A stretch of 64,000 nt of DNA, taken from an uncultured Polyangiales bacterium. Its GTDB lineage: Bacteria > Myxococcota_A > Polyangia > Polyangiales > GCA-016699535. This document shows positions 17,243 to 27,436 of this stretch, piece after piece. A program made the translations under genes and the position numbers. The DNA lies in contig CAZXFW010000003.1 in NCBI GenBank assembly GCA_964640175.1, forward strand, positions 256,072 through 320,071. Reading direction: 5' to 3'. The stretch's first letter is position 1, and each line of letters begins with the position of its first letter. Below the pieces are notes generated by a model. It made no database searches and had not been told where the DNA came from. It saw only the letters and a program-made list of their open reading frames with translations.

Positions 17243-18724
17243 GTGTTGGAAGAACGACTGCCTAGAGCATTAACGTTTGATGATGTTTTGCTGTTGCCAG
17301 GGTATGCGGACTTTTTACCCCGTGAAGCCGATCTGCGGGCCCGCTGCGCCAAGGACGTTGAGCTTGCCATTCCCATCATCTCAAGCGCCATGGATACCGT
17401 CACCGAATGGCGAACAGCGGTCACCATGGCTCGGGAAGGTGGGCTTGGGTTCATTCATAAAAACATGTCTGTGAAAGCCCAGGCTCATGAAGCGCTCAAA
17501 GTCAAACGCGCTGAGAGCGGAATGATTGCGGATCCTGTAACGATCCATCCTTCTCGTTCGTTGCATGACGCCCTTATGTTGATGCGTCAACATAATATTT
17601 CAGGACTTCCGGTAGTTAATGAAGAAAAAGTCGTAGGGATCCTGACGAGTCGCGATCTACGCTTTCAGCAAAACCTAGATCATAACGTTGAACAGCATAT
17701 GACACGAAAGCTCGTGTCTGTCCCCCCTGGTGTCTCTCAAGAGCGCGCCAAAGAGCTTTTGCATCAACATCGTATCGAAAAACTTCTTGTAATTGGTGAA
17801 GGCGGACAACTCATAGGACTCATCACCATTCGAGATTTGTTACAAGCGCAGCGATATCCCCACGCCAACAAAGATACCTTAGGACGACTCCGGGTGGGCG
17901 CCGCCGTCGGTGTAGGCAACGATGCGGATGAGCGTACAGACGCCCTCCTTCAGGCCGGCGTGGATATCATTGCTGTTGATACCGCTCATGGTTTTACCAA
18001 AGCGGTGATTGAAACCGTACGCTCCATCAAACGTAAGTACCCCAAGACACCGGTCGTTGCTGGAAACGTTGCTACCGCCGAAGGTGCAACCGCACTGATT
18101 GCCGCAGGGGCTGACGCCATTAAAGTCGGCATGGGGCCTGGATCCATCTGCACCACTCGTGTTGTGGCAGGGATTGGAGTCCCACAAGTGACAGCCATTG
18201 CAGAATGCGCGAAAGCTGCCGCAGATTCTGGAACACCTATCATTGCGGATGGCGGCATCAAATACTCTGGAGATGTCGTCAAAGCACTGGCCGCAGGGGC
18301 CCATTGTGTCATGATAGGCTCGCTGTTTGCGGGAACCGATGAGTCGCCGGGGCAGCGCATCCTTTACCAAGGACGTACCTACAAAAGCTATCGAGGCATG
18401 GGGTCGCTGGCCGCTATGTCGCTCGGCTCAAGTGACCGCTACGCTCAGAGCGATGTGCACGAAGTTGAAAAGCTCGTGCCCGAAGGTGTTGAAGGCCGTG
18501 TGCCTTACCGTGGCTCGCTCTCCAGCATCGTATACCAATTGGTCGGCGGGTTGCGAGCCGGGATGGGATATACCGGATGTCGCACTATCGAAGAGCTTCG
18601 CACCAAAGCCCGCTTCGTTGAGCAAACCGCACAAGGCGTGCGTGAAAGCCACGTCCATGATGTCGTGGTCACTCAGGAAGCGCCCAATTATCAAACCGGC
18701 AACACAGAGCACGGTGGCGGTTAA
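17243..18724 (+). CDS. guaB: IMP dehydrogenase
   Basis: [12 protein letters not shown]-terminus, a CBS pair, and the catalytic [11 protein letters not shown]-type string ([13 protein letters not shown]). Confidence 0.95.
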   Translation: MLEERLPRALTFDDVLLLPGYADFLPREADLRARCAKDVELAIPIISSAMDTVTEWRTAVTMAREGGLGFIHKNMSVKAQAHEALKVKRAESGMIADPVTIHPSRSLHDALMLMRQHNISGLPVVNEEKVVGILTSRDLRFQQNLDHNVEQHMTRKLVSVPPGVSQERAKELLHQHRIEKLLVIGEGGQLIGLITIRDLLQAQRYPHANKDTLGRLRVGAAVGVGNDADERTDALLQAGVDIIAVDTAHGFTKAVIETVRSIKRKYPKTPVVAGNVATAEGATALIAAGADAIKVGMGPGSICTTRVVAGIGVPQVTAIAECAKAAADSGTPIIADGGIKYSGDVVKALAAGAHCVMIGSLFAGTDESPGQRILYQGRTYKSYRGMGSLAAMSLGSSDRYAQSDVHEVEKLVPEGVEGRVPYRGSLSSIVYQLVGGLRAGMGYTGCRTIEELRTKARFVEQTAQGVRESHVHDVVVTQEAPNYQTGNTEHGGG

Positions 18725-18744
18725 CTCCCCTAAAAGGACAGGCA

Positions 18745-20277
18745 ATGATTCTCATCTTAGATTTTGGCTCCCAGTATACCCAGCTTATTGCACGACGTAT
18801 CCGTGAAGAACGCGTCTATTGTGAGATTCATCCCTGCACCATAGATATCTCGGAGATCCGCAAGCTCAACCCCAAAGGGCTTGTGCTGTCTGGCGGCCCA
18901 CGCAGCGTGTTCGAACCCGACGCGCCTCGGCTTAATCCTGAAATACTTGAGCTCGGCTTACCTGTGCTCGGTATCTGCTATGGCATGCAACTCATCAGCC
19001 TTCTTCTTGGAGGCAAGGTCGTCCGTGCAGAAGAACATGAATACGGCGCTGCACACATCGAAGTAATCCAACCTGAAGGCATCTTGCGTGACTTTAAACA
19101 AGGACAGCATCTGGATGTCTGGATGAGCCATAGCGACCGCGTCCAAAGCCTTCCTGAAGGGTTTGTGACATTAGCAAGGAGTACCAACACTGAGTTTGCA
19201 GCGGCCGCTCACCTTGAACGGCAGATATACGGTGTCCAGTTCCACCCCGAAGTCATGCACACCCCTCAAGGCACCCACATGCTGTCTGCATTTCTCTTCG
19301 AGATTGCCCACTCCGAGCCCACATGGACGCCAGGATCTTTCGTGGAGCAAAGTGTCGAGAGAATTAAAAACAACGTAGGAAGCGATGCTGTTATCTGCGG
19401 TCTTTCTGGCGGAGTAGACTCTTCCGTTGCTGCATTATTGGTGTCCCGAGCTATTGGCGAGCAACTTACCTGCATTTTTGTGGACAATGGGTTGTTGCGA
19501 CAAGGGGAGGCGGAAGATGTGGTACGCACATTTCGCGATGCCTTTAGATTGCGCTTGGTTCATGTGGATGCCTCCGAACAATTCCTCACAGCGCTCCAGG
19601 GCATCACAGACCCTGAAGCAAAGCGTAAAACCATCGGGCACGTGTTCATTGATGTGTTCAATCAAGAAGCTCAAAAACTTGGCAACGTCACCCACCTTGT
19701 TCAAGGCACATTGTATCCAGATGTCATTGAGAGCGTTTCTTTCAAAGGCCCGAGCGCAGTCATCAAAAGCCATCATAACGTTGGAGGGCTTCCTAAAGAT
19801 ATGCAGTTCAAGCTTATCGAGCCGCTCAAAGAACTGTTTAAAGACGAAGTGCGAGAAGTGGGCACCGCACTCGGAATGCCACACCACATTTTGACACGGC
19901 AACCTTTTCCAGGCCCCGGGCTTGCGGTCCGGTGTTTAGGCGAAGTGACCAAAGAACGATTGTCCATCTTACGCGAAGCCGATGCGATTTTAGAAGAAGA
20001 GGTGCGCAAGTCGGAAGTGTACGATACGTTATGGCAGTCTTTTTGTGTGATTTTACCTGTTCAAACGGTGGGCGTCATGGGCGATGAGCGCACGTACGAA
20101 TCGGTCATTGCTATTCGCGCGGTACATTCTCAAGACGGCATGACAGCCGATTGGGCAAGGCTCCCTTATGAACTATTAGCCGGAGCATCCAGCCGAATTA
20201 TTAACGAAGTTCGCGGCTGTAACCGCGTGGTGTACGACATTTCTAGCAAACCACCTGCGACCATTGAATGGGAATAA
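18745..20277 (+). CDS. guaA: GMP synthase (glutamine-hydrolyzing)
   Basis: ILILDFGSQYTQLIARRIRE start, the SGGVDSSV PP-loop, and a C-terminal PPATIEWE. Confidence 0.95.
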   Translation: MILILDFGSQYTQLIARRIREERVYCEIHPCTIDISEIRKLNPKGLVLSGGPRSVFEPDAPRLNPEILELGLPVLGICYGMQLISLLLGGKVVRAEEHEYGAAHIEVIQPEGILRDFKQGQHLDVWMSHSDRVQSLPEGFVTLARSTNTEFAAAAHLERQIYGVQFHPEVMHTPQGTHMLSAFLFEIAHSEPTWTPGSFVEQSVERIKNNVGSDAVICGLSGGVDSSVAALLVSRAIGEQLTCIFVDNGLLRQGEAEDVVRTFRDAFRLRLVHVDASEQFLTALQGITDPEAKRKTIGHVFIDVFNQEAQKLGNVTHLVQGTLYPDVIESVSFKGPSAVIKSHHNVGGLPKDMQFKLIEPLKELFKDEVREVGTALGMPHHILTRQPFPGPGLAVRCLGEVTKERLSILREADAILEEEVRKSEVYDTLWQSFCVILPVQTVGVMGDERTYESVIAIRAVHSQDGMTADWARLPYELLAGASSRIINEVRGCNRVVYDISSKPPATIEWE

Positions 20278-20588
20278 CCCTGCTGCGCGCCCTGCAGTTT
20301 GCGTGCCTTTTAAGCAGTGTGGCCTTAGCACACGCATGCGCAGGCGCCACACCGAAGGCCCAAGAAACCTTGCTTCATATTGCGGTGGAGCCCCGTGATG
20401 CACGTGTTTATGTGGATGAGGAGTTTTTAGGCACAGCGTGGGTTCTTAAAGGCCATGCTGTTCCTCTCAACAAAGGCCCTCACTTTATCGTCATCTCTTC
20501 AACCCACTACTTTCCGCACCATCTCAAGCTTTATTTGCGTCCGGGTACGACGCAAGTGCGTGTGGCTCTGCGCCCTATCCCTCCATAG
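20268..20588 (+). CDS. Small PEGA-like lipoprotein
   Basis: 106 aa with signal and lipobox LAHAC and a PEGA-like string IAVEPRDARVYVDEEFLGT. The start overlaps the guaA stop. Confidence 0.5.
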   Translation: MGITLLRALQFACLLSSVALAHACAGATPKAQETLLHIAVEPRDARVYVDEEFLGTAWVLKGHAVPLNKGPHFIVISSTHYFPHHLKLYLRPGTTQVRVALRPIPP

Positions 20589-20600
20589 AACTTTCAATAA

Positions 20601-21698
20601 CTAACCACCAAGCTCGATGCCTATGTGGCGTGCCACAGAGACAATCTCCCCACTCTCAGGAACACAACGGCCGCCTTCAATGGCACGCTCTAAAGGCACA
20701 TCGACTATCTTGTCCCCCTCTAAACTCACCAAGCGGCCTACGTGGTTGTCTCGACACAATTCTGCCGCTTTCAAACCAAACCGTGTTCCAAGCACACGAT
20801 CCCACGCAGAGGGCGAACCCCCTCGCACTAAGTGTCCTAGCACTGTCACGCGAATCTCATGAGGAATACGGCCCCGAAGCTCATCCGCGAGGCGGTGGCC
20901 TGCCCCACCCAAGCGTGCCAAATGCCCTGTACGCCCTTCCTCCACAGTAGAAACATCGCCACCTTTCGGCTTCGCCCCTTCGCCAATCACGACGATAGCA
21001 AATGTGGCACCACGTTGCGCTCTTGCCCGGATGGCTTTTTCCACCCTTTCAATCTCATAAGGAATTTCAGGAATCAGCACCACATCTGCGCCGCCGGCAA
21101 TCCCTGCATAAAGTGCAATCCAGCCCGCATCACGTCCCATCAACTCGACGATCATCACTCGGTCATGTGACTCTGCAGTCGAGTGCAATGCGTCGATCGC
21201 AGAGGTCGCGGTTTGCACTGCTGTATTAAATCCAAACGTAACATCTGTCCCCGCCAAGTCGTTGTCGATGGTCTTAGGAACACCAACGATTTTCACGCCT
21301 TTCGCCTGCAAGCGTAAGGCATGATTCATCGTGCCATCGCCGCCTACCATCACGGCGATATCAATGCGATGATCCTTAAGACGCTGGATCACTTGGTCTG
21401 AAACATCGATATACGTTTTCTTCCCTCCGGGTTCTTCGATCGGATAGGCAAACGGATTGCCACGGTTTGAACAGCCAAGGATGCTTCCGCCGCGGGGCAA
21501 AATACCCCTGATGGATTTCCAGTCGAGAGGGATAATGCGATCGGGCTGAACTAAACCCTCGAAACCGTCTTCGCTCCCATACACCTCAAGGCCAAAATTA
21601 ATACACCCACGAACGAATGCTCTAATCACAGCATTGAGGCCTGGCGCATCGCCGCCTCCAGTTAATATGCATACACGTTTAACAGACTCACTGCTCAT
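20601..21698 (-). CDS. pfkA: 6-phosphofructokinase (ATP-dependent type)
   Basis: LTGGGDAPGLNAVIR, MVGGDGT and PKTIDNDL motifs. Confidence 0.9.
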   Translation of the reverse strand: MSSESVKRVCILTGGGDAPGLNAVIRAFVRGCINFGLEVYGSEDGFEGLVQPDRIIPLDWKSIRGILPRGGSILGCSNRGNPFAYPIEEPGGKKTYIDVSDQVIQRLKDHRIDIAVMVGGDGTMNHALRLQAKGVKIVGVPKTIDNDLAGTDVTFGFNTAVQTATSAIDALHSTAESHDRVMIVELMGRDAGWIALYAGIAGGADVVLIPEIPYEIERVEKAIRARAQRGATFAIVVIGEGAKPKGGDVSTVEEGRTGHLARLGGAGHRLADELRGRIPHEIRVTVLGHLVRGGSPSAWDRVLGTRFGLKAAELCRDNHVGRLVSLEGDKIVDVPLERAIEGGRCVPESGEIVSVARHIGIELGG

Positions 21699-21722
21699 AG
21701 TACTTGTCCTGGTTATTGATGT

Positions 21723-22466
21723 TTAGAGGTTGGTAGAAGAAATGGTTACGGTGGATAATGAATACATGGCAATAGCTGCGGCGACTGATGCATTAAGTGA
21801 TTCCAGTGGTCCTGTCATGTCGATACGCGCCAACTGATCACAGCTTTGGCGCACCAGCCTACGCAACCCTTTACCTTCAGAGCCTACCACCAAGACCCGA
21901 TTCCTATCACTGGGCGTTAAAGCTTGCAAAGAGATTTCCGCCCCCGCATCGAGTCCCACAACCTCGAACCCATGCTCCTCTCGCAGGTAAACCAAGACCT
22001 TGGAAAGGTTACTCACCCGGGCAATTCGGGCATGCTCCGTCCCACCGGCAGAGGCCCGAACCACCACCGCTGTGACACTTGCAGCCCTATGCCGAGGCAA
22101 AATAACTCCCTGATACCCAAAAGCCACTGCACTGCGCACAATAGCCCCAAGATTGTGCGGGTCTGTAATCTCATCCAATGCCACTAGGTGCTTCGGGCCC
22201 GTGCTTGGGCGCTCCAGGAGCGACTCCAAAGGGACGTAGGAATACGAGCCCGCAATCGCAACCACCCCTTGATGGGGCAGCCCTTTGGCAAGGTGGTTAA
22301 GAGTATCCTCGGCCACGGTCTCAACGACCACCCCCTTGCGCTGCGCCAGCGCACCAATCTTGGCGAGCTCAACGCGTTCTTTCGCGCTCACATAAACGAC
22401 GTGAATCTCACCGCTTGCAAGCAACGCCTCATAAACAGCGCGTTTTCCAAGAATCCTACGCTTCAC
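21723..22466 (-). CDS. rlmB: 23S rRNA 2'-O-methyltransferase, RlmB/TrmH (SpoU) family
   Basis: 247 aa with SpoU motifs (DPHNLGAIVRSA, LVVGSEGKGL, LNASVAAAIAMY). Confidence 0.85.
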   Translation of the reverse strand: MKRRILGKRAVYEALLASGEIHVVYVSAKERVELAKIGALAQRKGVVVETVAEDTLNHLAKGLPHQGVVAIAGSYSYVPLESLLERPSTGPKHLVALDEITDPHNLGAIVRSAVAFGYQGVILPRHRAASVTAVVVRASAGGTEHARIARVSNLSKVLVYLREEHGFEVVGLDAGAEISLQALTPSDRNRVLVVGSEGKGLRRLVRQSCDQLARIDMTGPLESLNASVAAAIAMYSLSTVTISSTNL

Positions 22467-23191
22467 ACGACATCCGTTTTGGCCTGCAATGCTTGACTGA
22501 TTTCCTCAAGAATCTGCTCTGCGGCCAGACGAGGCTCGGCGGCATCTCGAATCGGCCTACCCACCACAAGCAAATCTGCCCCTGCTCCTATCGCCATGGC
22601 GGGAGTCATCACGCGCTTCTGATCCCCTTGATCCGCCCCTTCGGGGCGTATGCCTGGAACCACCAAAAAAGCCTCAGGCCCAAGCTGAGCCCGCAGCATG
22701 GACACTTCTTCAGAAGAGGTCACAATTCCCCTCAGCCCTGCATCAAACGCCATCTGCGCAAAGCGGGAAACGGTTTGCTGCGCGGACCCATTAAAGCCAA
22801 TCGCCTCTACGGCAGAGGCATCCAAACTCGTCAGCAACGTCACTGCCAAAAGGTTAAGTTCAGAATCCCGTGCTGCTTCTGCTGCACGCTTAAGTGCATG
22901 AGGACCATTTGCGGCATGCACCGTTAAATACCTGACTCCTAGACCAACAGCCACCTTTACACTGCGTGCCACTGTTTCAGAAATGTCATGGAGTTTGAGA
23001 TCTAAAAAACATTCCGCCTTGGCTTGCCGTACGAGATCCACAGCCCGGGAGCCTTCCGCCATGAACAACTCAAGCCCCACCTTAAATACTCCCACACAAG
23101 GTGCGACTTGTTCGATCAAGCCACGCGCTTGCGCCAGCGTTGGAACATCCAGCGCAAATGCAAGTTTGGCACGCGCTTCGGCATGCTTCAT
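22463..23191 (-). CDS. pyrF: Orotidine 5'-phosphate decarboxylase
   Basis: Motifs FALDV, FLDLKLHDI and VVGRPI. ATG 23191 is chosen because the longer ORF (to 23497) runs into the upstream gene. Confidence 0.9.
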   Translation of the reverse strand: MKHAEARAKLAFALDVPTLAQARGLIEQVAPCVGVFKVGLELFMAEGSRAVDLVRQAKAECFLDLKLHDISETVARSVKVAVGLGVRYLTVHAANGPHALKRAAEAARDSELNLLAVTLLTSLDASAVEAIGFNGSAQQTVSRFAQMAFDAGLRGIVTSSEEVSMLRAQLGPEAFLVVPGIRPEGADQGDQKRVMTPAMAIGAGADLLVVGRPIRDAAEPRLAAEQILEEISQALQAKTDVV

Positions 23192-23207
23192 ATCACGTTC
23201 CTCAAAA

Positions 23208-23957
23208 TCAGAAATCGAGCCCACCCAATGGATCGTCTCCTCCACTGGAACGGCCTGAACGCCGCTCTGAACGATCCGCGCCGCGTTCTTTCGACTTACG
23301 TGTGGATGAGCTTCCTGCAGCCCGTGCTCTTTCTGCGGATCTTTGGCGATTGCGCTCAAGCTCCGCAGCTGCAGCTTCGGCTTTCTGACGTGCCTCTTCA
23401 GCTTTTTGACGAGCTTCCGCGGCCTGGCTTGCCAAACGTTCACGCTCTTCCTCAACGCGCTGACGTTCCTGCCGTTCAAGAGCCGCTTGTTGCGCACGAC
23501 GTTCTAGCTCTGGCTGCACGATTCCAAAAAATGCACCTGCACCCAGGCCTATCAGGACAAGAGACACGATAACCAACCCACGCATTGAAAATGCTTTGCT
23601 TCGTTTTGCTTCAAGCTCGCGAATCTCACGGTCATGTGCCAAGCGTTGCTGATTTTCTTCCAATCGCTCGCGGCGCTCCATCTCCAGCCGTACCCTTAGC
23701 TCAGCCTCTTGACGCTCGCGCTCAAGGCGCTCTTCTTCGTCGCGAACCTGACGTTCTTGTGCCAGCTTGGCTTCTTCTTCTGCTCGACGCTGTGCTTCTA
23801 TCTGCTCTTTACGGCGGCGCTCTTCTTCTTCTTTACGAAGCCGCTCTTCTTCGTCGCGACGGCGGCGCTGCTCTTCTTCCGCTTTGATACGGTCTTCTTC
23901 GAGGCTCATCAGCTCTCGAAGGTTAAACAACACGGAATCGTTATCTTGGTCCGACAT
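23208..23957 (-). CDS. Glu/Arg-rich coiled-coil membrane protein (single TM)
   Basis: 249 aa. Long E/R/K/Q-rich tracts flank one hydrophobic helix, GLVIVSLVLIGLGAGAFFGIV. Confidence 0.6.
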   Translation of the reverse strand: MSDQDNDSVLFNLRELMSLEEDRIKAEEEQRRRRDEEERLRKEEEERRRKEQIEAQRRAEEEAKLAQERQVRDEEERLERERQEAELRVRLEMERRERLEENQQRLAHDREIRELEAKRSKAFSMRGLVIVSLVLIGLGAGAFFGIVQPELERRAQQAALERQERQRVEEERERLASQAAEARQKAEEARQKAEAAAAELERNRQRSAERARAAGSSSTRKSKERGADRSERRSGRSSGGDDPLGGLDF

Positions 23958-24053
23958 AGCTTGGTTTACAAAGGTCGTTTAAGGTACGCTTGTTCAAATT
24001 TAGCTGGCCTACTGCTAAAAAGTCAATGTAACACGCTGAATTTGTGAGGAACC

Positions 24054-24269
24054 ATGGCATTGGAATTGCGTGCGCACATTACCGGAACTGTATGGAAAAT
24101 CGAGAAAAAGTCCGGTGATCCCGTCAAACAAGGAGAAGTCATCCTTATTTTAGAGTCCATGAAAATGGAAATGCCTCTTGAATCACCTGCCACCGGAACG
24201 CTTGAGGCCCTTAACTGCCAGGAAGGCGATTCAGTCCAGGAAGACCAGGTCCTAGGCACGATTGTCTGA
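24054..24269 (+). CDS. Small biotinyl/lipoyl-domain protein (biotin carboxyl carrier-like)
   Basis: 71 aa with biotinylation-type motif ESMKMEM. Confidence 0.75.
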   Translation: MALELRAHITGTVWKIEKKSGDPVKQGEVILILESMKMEMPLESPATGTLEALNCQEGDSVQEDQVLGTIV

Positions 24270-25043
24270 GCCGGCCCGATCCTGGGCAAGGCGGGCATTG
24301 CGCCTGACCAACCCCACTATCACAACCATCCAGAGGAGATTGAGCCCCAACATGGCTCCCAGCGCCACTCTCAGTAGGGGCGCAGACGATTGGCTCACGG
24401 CAATTGGCCCAATGTAGGCCAACGGGACATGCGCCCGTTTGGTCTGAGGCGCTAACAACCGCACGACTGACACACGCTCTTGCGATAGGCCGTGCACTGC
24501 TCCAGCAACAAGTCTTTGAATGTCTGCATCCTTAAACGTTACCCCCCCTTGTCTTACGGTAACCAGCACAGAAGCTTGAGGGCTCAAAGCTGCTTCGCCA
24601 GCGTCCAGCATGGCTGCGGGTGGCAGTGCAACATGCACCCGTGCGTCCAGCACCCCATCGATCGTCTCAATCGAACGCGACAGCTCTCCGGACAACGCAG
24701 AAGCGTAACGAATACGTTCTTCTGTAGCCGTCGAGACCAATGCTTTACCATCAAACAGCTCTTGAATTCCTGGTTCCTGCTGACGGGGTAGCGCATCCAT
24801 ACGCAGTGTCGCTAATGCACTGGGCATCGCAGAACGCGGCACATTAACCTGATACGTTTGAACTTCACCGAATCCTTTTTCTTTATGCTTCTGTGCTCGA
24901 ATGCCTGCGTTATCTAAGGCCACCACCATCCGATTGGCTTCTTCTTCAGAAAGTTGTCCTTCGACAGGAGCATTGCAGCCCGCTGTCACTATCATCATCG
25001 TAACGCTCATGACGAAACAGCGCCGCATCGAAACCATGGACAT
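24252..25043 (-). CDS. SctJ/YscJ/EscJ (FliF-related) family inner-membrane ring lipoprotein, orphan
   Basis: Lipobox VTAGC. Strings EEEANRMVVALDNAGIRAQK and ELSRSIETIDGVLDARVHVALP closely parallel YscJ ([22 protein letters not shown]). C-terminal TM helix. Confidence 0.7.
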   Translation of the reverse strand: MSMVSMRRCFVMSVTMMIVTAGCNAPVEGQLSEEEANRMVVALDNAGIRAQKHKEKGFGEVQTYQVNVPRSAMPSALATLRMDALPRQQEPGIQELFDGKALVSTATEERIRYASALSGELSRSIETIDGVLDARVHVALPPAAMLDAGEAALSPQASVLVTVRQGGVTFKDADIQRLVAGAVHGLSQERVSVVRLLAPQTKRAHVPLAYIGPIAVSQSSAPLLRVALGAMLGLNLLWMVVIVGLVRRNARLAQDRAGSDNRA

Positions 25044-25070
25044 AGGAGCACCTCAGCTGGATAACAGAAC

Positions 25071-25991
25071 TCAGTTCACACTAAACGAGAAGCTAGCACT
25101 TGTTCGAGGTGCAGAAAACGTCGGAAACCGAATCTGGCGAGTTTCCGCTGCAATACACTTCCGAAACTCAGAACTGCCTGCTCTCACCGACACGCCAAGA
25201 ACACTGCCATTGCCTGCAATCACTAAATCGAGCCCTACGTTGCCCAATCGATTTCCCGAGCGAAGTTCCGCACTTACACAATGGCTAAAGGATGACATGC
25301 GACGGTTTATCGAGGATGCAACCTGCTCGTTGGTCAGAGTTACCATGCCTTCACCTTCTTCACTGATATCACCCAGATCCACAGCTTGGTTCATCGCCTC
25401 TTCGTACGAACCAGAAGCGCCCGCGCTCGAACCAGCGCCTCGACGCATCCGGCCGCGCGCCCCTTTGCCCGAACGCAACACATTCGCTGTTCCTTCAAGC
25501 TGGATCTCGCCTCGGTCATACAGTGCCGCCAGTTCTTCTGCACTCCGTGCCTCATCACTTTTATGTTGGCGTGTACGCACGAAAATCGTAACCGCTACAA
25601 GCGCAACTAGTACAATGCCTACCGCTACGAACACCTTGGCAGCATTGCTAAGTTTTTCCACCTTAACAGCTCTGGCCAACGCAGCCTTGTGAGTTTCTTC
25701 TTCCTTGCGTTCACGGTAGTGGCCCACAAAATCAGAAAAAAGTGGGTACTGAGAAATCCGGCTTTGTTCGCCAGTATCGATGTTTGTAAGATTGTGCTCC
25801 CCGAGTGCCTCACCCTTGACAATCATCGTCACAACTTCTCTGCCCGAGAAAGGACCATGATCGAGGCCATCTTTGGCAACCATCCAACGTGGGGCATCAT
25901 CCTCCTGGATACGCAGCACAAGCTCTTCAAGGCTGGGACCTGCGTGACCATGCGGGGTCAGTTCATTCTTATATGGGCCAACTGTATTCAC
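25071..25991 (-). CDS. GYF-domain / single-TM / AgmX-PglI (TonB-C-like) domain protein (GltJ-like architecture)
   Basis: N-terminal GYF_2-like WMVAKDGLDHGPFSGREVVTMIVKGE, the TM helix VFVAVGIVLVALVAVTIFV, and a C-terminal domain with two Cys (HCVSAEL...FRKCIAAE...FSFSV). Confidence 0.6.
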   Translation of the reverse strand: MNTVGPYKNELTPHGHAGPSLEELVLRIQEDDAPRWMVAKDGLDHGPFSGREVVTMIVKGEALGEHNLTNIDTGEQSRISQYPLFSDFVGHYRERKEEETHKAALARAVKVEKLSNAAKVFVAVGIVLVALVAVTIFVRTRQHKSDEARSAEELAALYDRGEIQLEGTANVLRSGKGARGRMRRGAGSSAGASGSYEEAMNQAVDLGDISEEGEGMVTLTNEQVASSINRRMSSFSHCVSAELRSGNRLGNVGLDLVIAGNGSVLGVSVRAGSSEFRKCIAAETRQIRFPTFSAPRTSASFSFSVN

Positions 25992-26078
25992 GGTAACCTA
26001 TTTCACTCACCAACAATCGAGAAGTGTACCCAACGGAGCGTAAAATACACAAGAAGTCGATACCTTTGAGGTCAACCC

Positions 26079-26864
26079 CTATAAAACATGGGCCTCTTTG
26101 AGAAACGCCTCTAGCTTCACCACATACGCCTTCCAGTCCGGTGGGCATGTGTTGTGATCCGCGTCATACAAAACCAACTGACTGTTCGCAGAAGCTTTAT
26201 GTAACTCAAACGCATGCGACACAGGAATAAGCCGATCGGATGTCCCATGCACAATCAACACAGGACAATCGGAAGAGGAAAGAAATTTCAGATTATCAAA
26301 TGGGTCTAAAATCAAAGATGCCGGTGCTCCATAACGCTTAGCTACCTGTCGAATGGACGTAAATGTCGACTGGAGCACAAGCGCAGCCGGCGTCCGCTCT
26401 GAAGCAAGCGCACACGCCACCCCACCTCCCAACGAGCGACCATGCAACACAACCCGTTGTGAATCGATGTAAGGACAGCTACGCATTTTGTCCCAGAAGC
26501 GCATTACATCGCTTACAATTTTAGCTTGCGAAGGAGTTCCTTTGCTTCGACCATAGCCGCGATACTCGGGCAAAAGCACGCTCATTCCCCAGGCATGGTA
26601 ACACGTCAAAAGCTCTGCCCATTGGTCAATAAGCTCTGCATTTCCATGGGTAAAAATCACAGCACCCCTTTTTTCAGAATGGGTAACCGGCGCAGGCATA
26701 AACCATGCTTCAACCTCACCCTCCTCCGTGGTGATCCACCACGATTCTTTATCTATCTTTGCAGTCGACGGCTTGGCATACCGTCCCGCAAGATGACGCG
26801 GAAACACCAACCTTCGCTGCCATCCAAACAGATTTCTCGCAATAAAGTCCGTTAACTCCATCAC
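26079..26864 (-). CDS. Alpha/beta hydrolase
   Basis: 261 aa with the nucleophile elbow GRSLGG and later D and H candidates (GTSDRLI, ADHN). Confidence 0.75.
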   Translation of the reverse strand: MMELTDFIARNLFGWQRRLVFPRHLAGRYAKPSTAKIDKESWWITTEEGEVEAWFMPAPVTHSEKRGAVIFTHGNAELIDQWAELLTCYHAWGMSVLLPEYRGYGRSKGTPSQAKIVSDVMRFWDKMRSCPYIDSQRVVLHGRSLGGGVACALASERTPAALVLQSTFTSIRQVAKRYGAPASLILDPFDNLKFLSSSDCPVLIVHGTSDRLIPVSHAFELHKASANSQLVLYDADHNTCPPDWKAYVVKLEAFLKEAHVL

Positions 26865-26872
26865 TTTTGTGT

Positions 26873-27436
26873 CTACCCACTCACAGCCTGGCGCAACAAT
26901 GTCAGTGTTGCCTCAATCGTCTTGGGTGCACCTTCAACGACGGGCTTGAAACGTTGTGGGCTTAGCTGCTTTTTAAAACACTCTATGGCAGACTTAGACA
27001 AATTATTGGAAGACACTTCCAATCGACTAATCACTCCCTGATCTGTCACCACAACATTAAACTGCACCGTCACTTTAGGCGGAGCAGCTTCAGCTTCATC
27101 GGATGAGATACACACGCTTGGATCTCCCACCAACGAAAGCAGCTCAGCTTCGTAGTTCCGCTCGGACTCACCCTTTATCGCTTTCGATGATTGTGCGACA
27201 GCTTCTGGCGAGATCGTATTGAAATGCAATGTCTCTGTGGGAGTCTGTTCCTGAGCTTTCAACGCAAAGCGGTGTTTTTTTTTCGCAAAGCGATGGGCCT
27301 TCTTGTCCTTCTGAGTTTCTGGCCGTGCATACTCTATCCCAAGAGGATCCAGCCCTCGAGTTTCAGACTGCGCATGTTTCATCTTACAAGAAATTGCAGT
27401 CATTAAAACTATCATCATCCCCACATGCAATTTCAT
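26873..27436 (-). CDS. Lipoprotein with C-terminal AgmX/PglI (TonB-C-like) domain
   Basis: Lipobox TAISC. C-terminal VCIS...VTVQFNVVVTDQGVISRLEV...AIECFKKQL...IEATLTL. Confidence 0.55.
   Translation of the reverse strand: MKLHVGMMIVLMTAISCKMKHAQSETRGLDPLGIEYARPETQKDKKAHRFAKKKHRFALKAQEQTPTETLHFNTISPEAVAQSSKAIKGESERNYEAELLSLVGDPSVCISSDEAEAAPPKVTVQFNVVVTDQGVISRLEVSSNNLSKSAIECFKKQLSPQRFKPVVEGAPKTIEATLTLLRQAVSG

Noticed and set aside
23600-23900. Short GAA/GAG/CGN-rich periodic repeats that could be mistaken for a tandem or CRISPR-like array
   Set aside because: This is in-frame low-complexity coding sequence for the Glu/Arg-rich coiled-coil protein. There is no unit-plus-spacer structure, and no CRISPR array was seen anywhere in the window.
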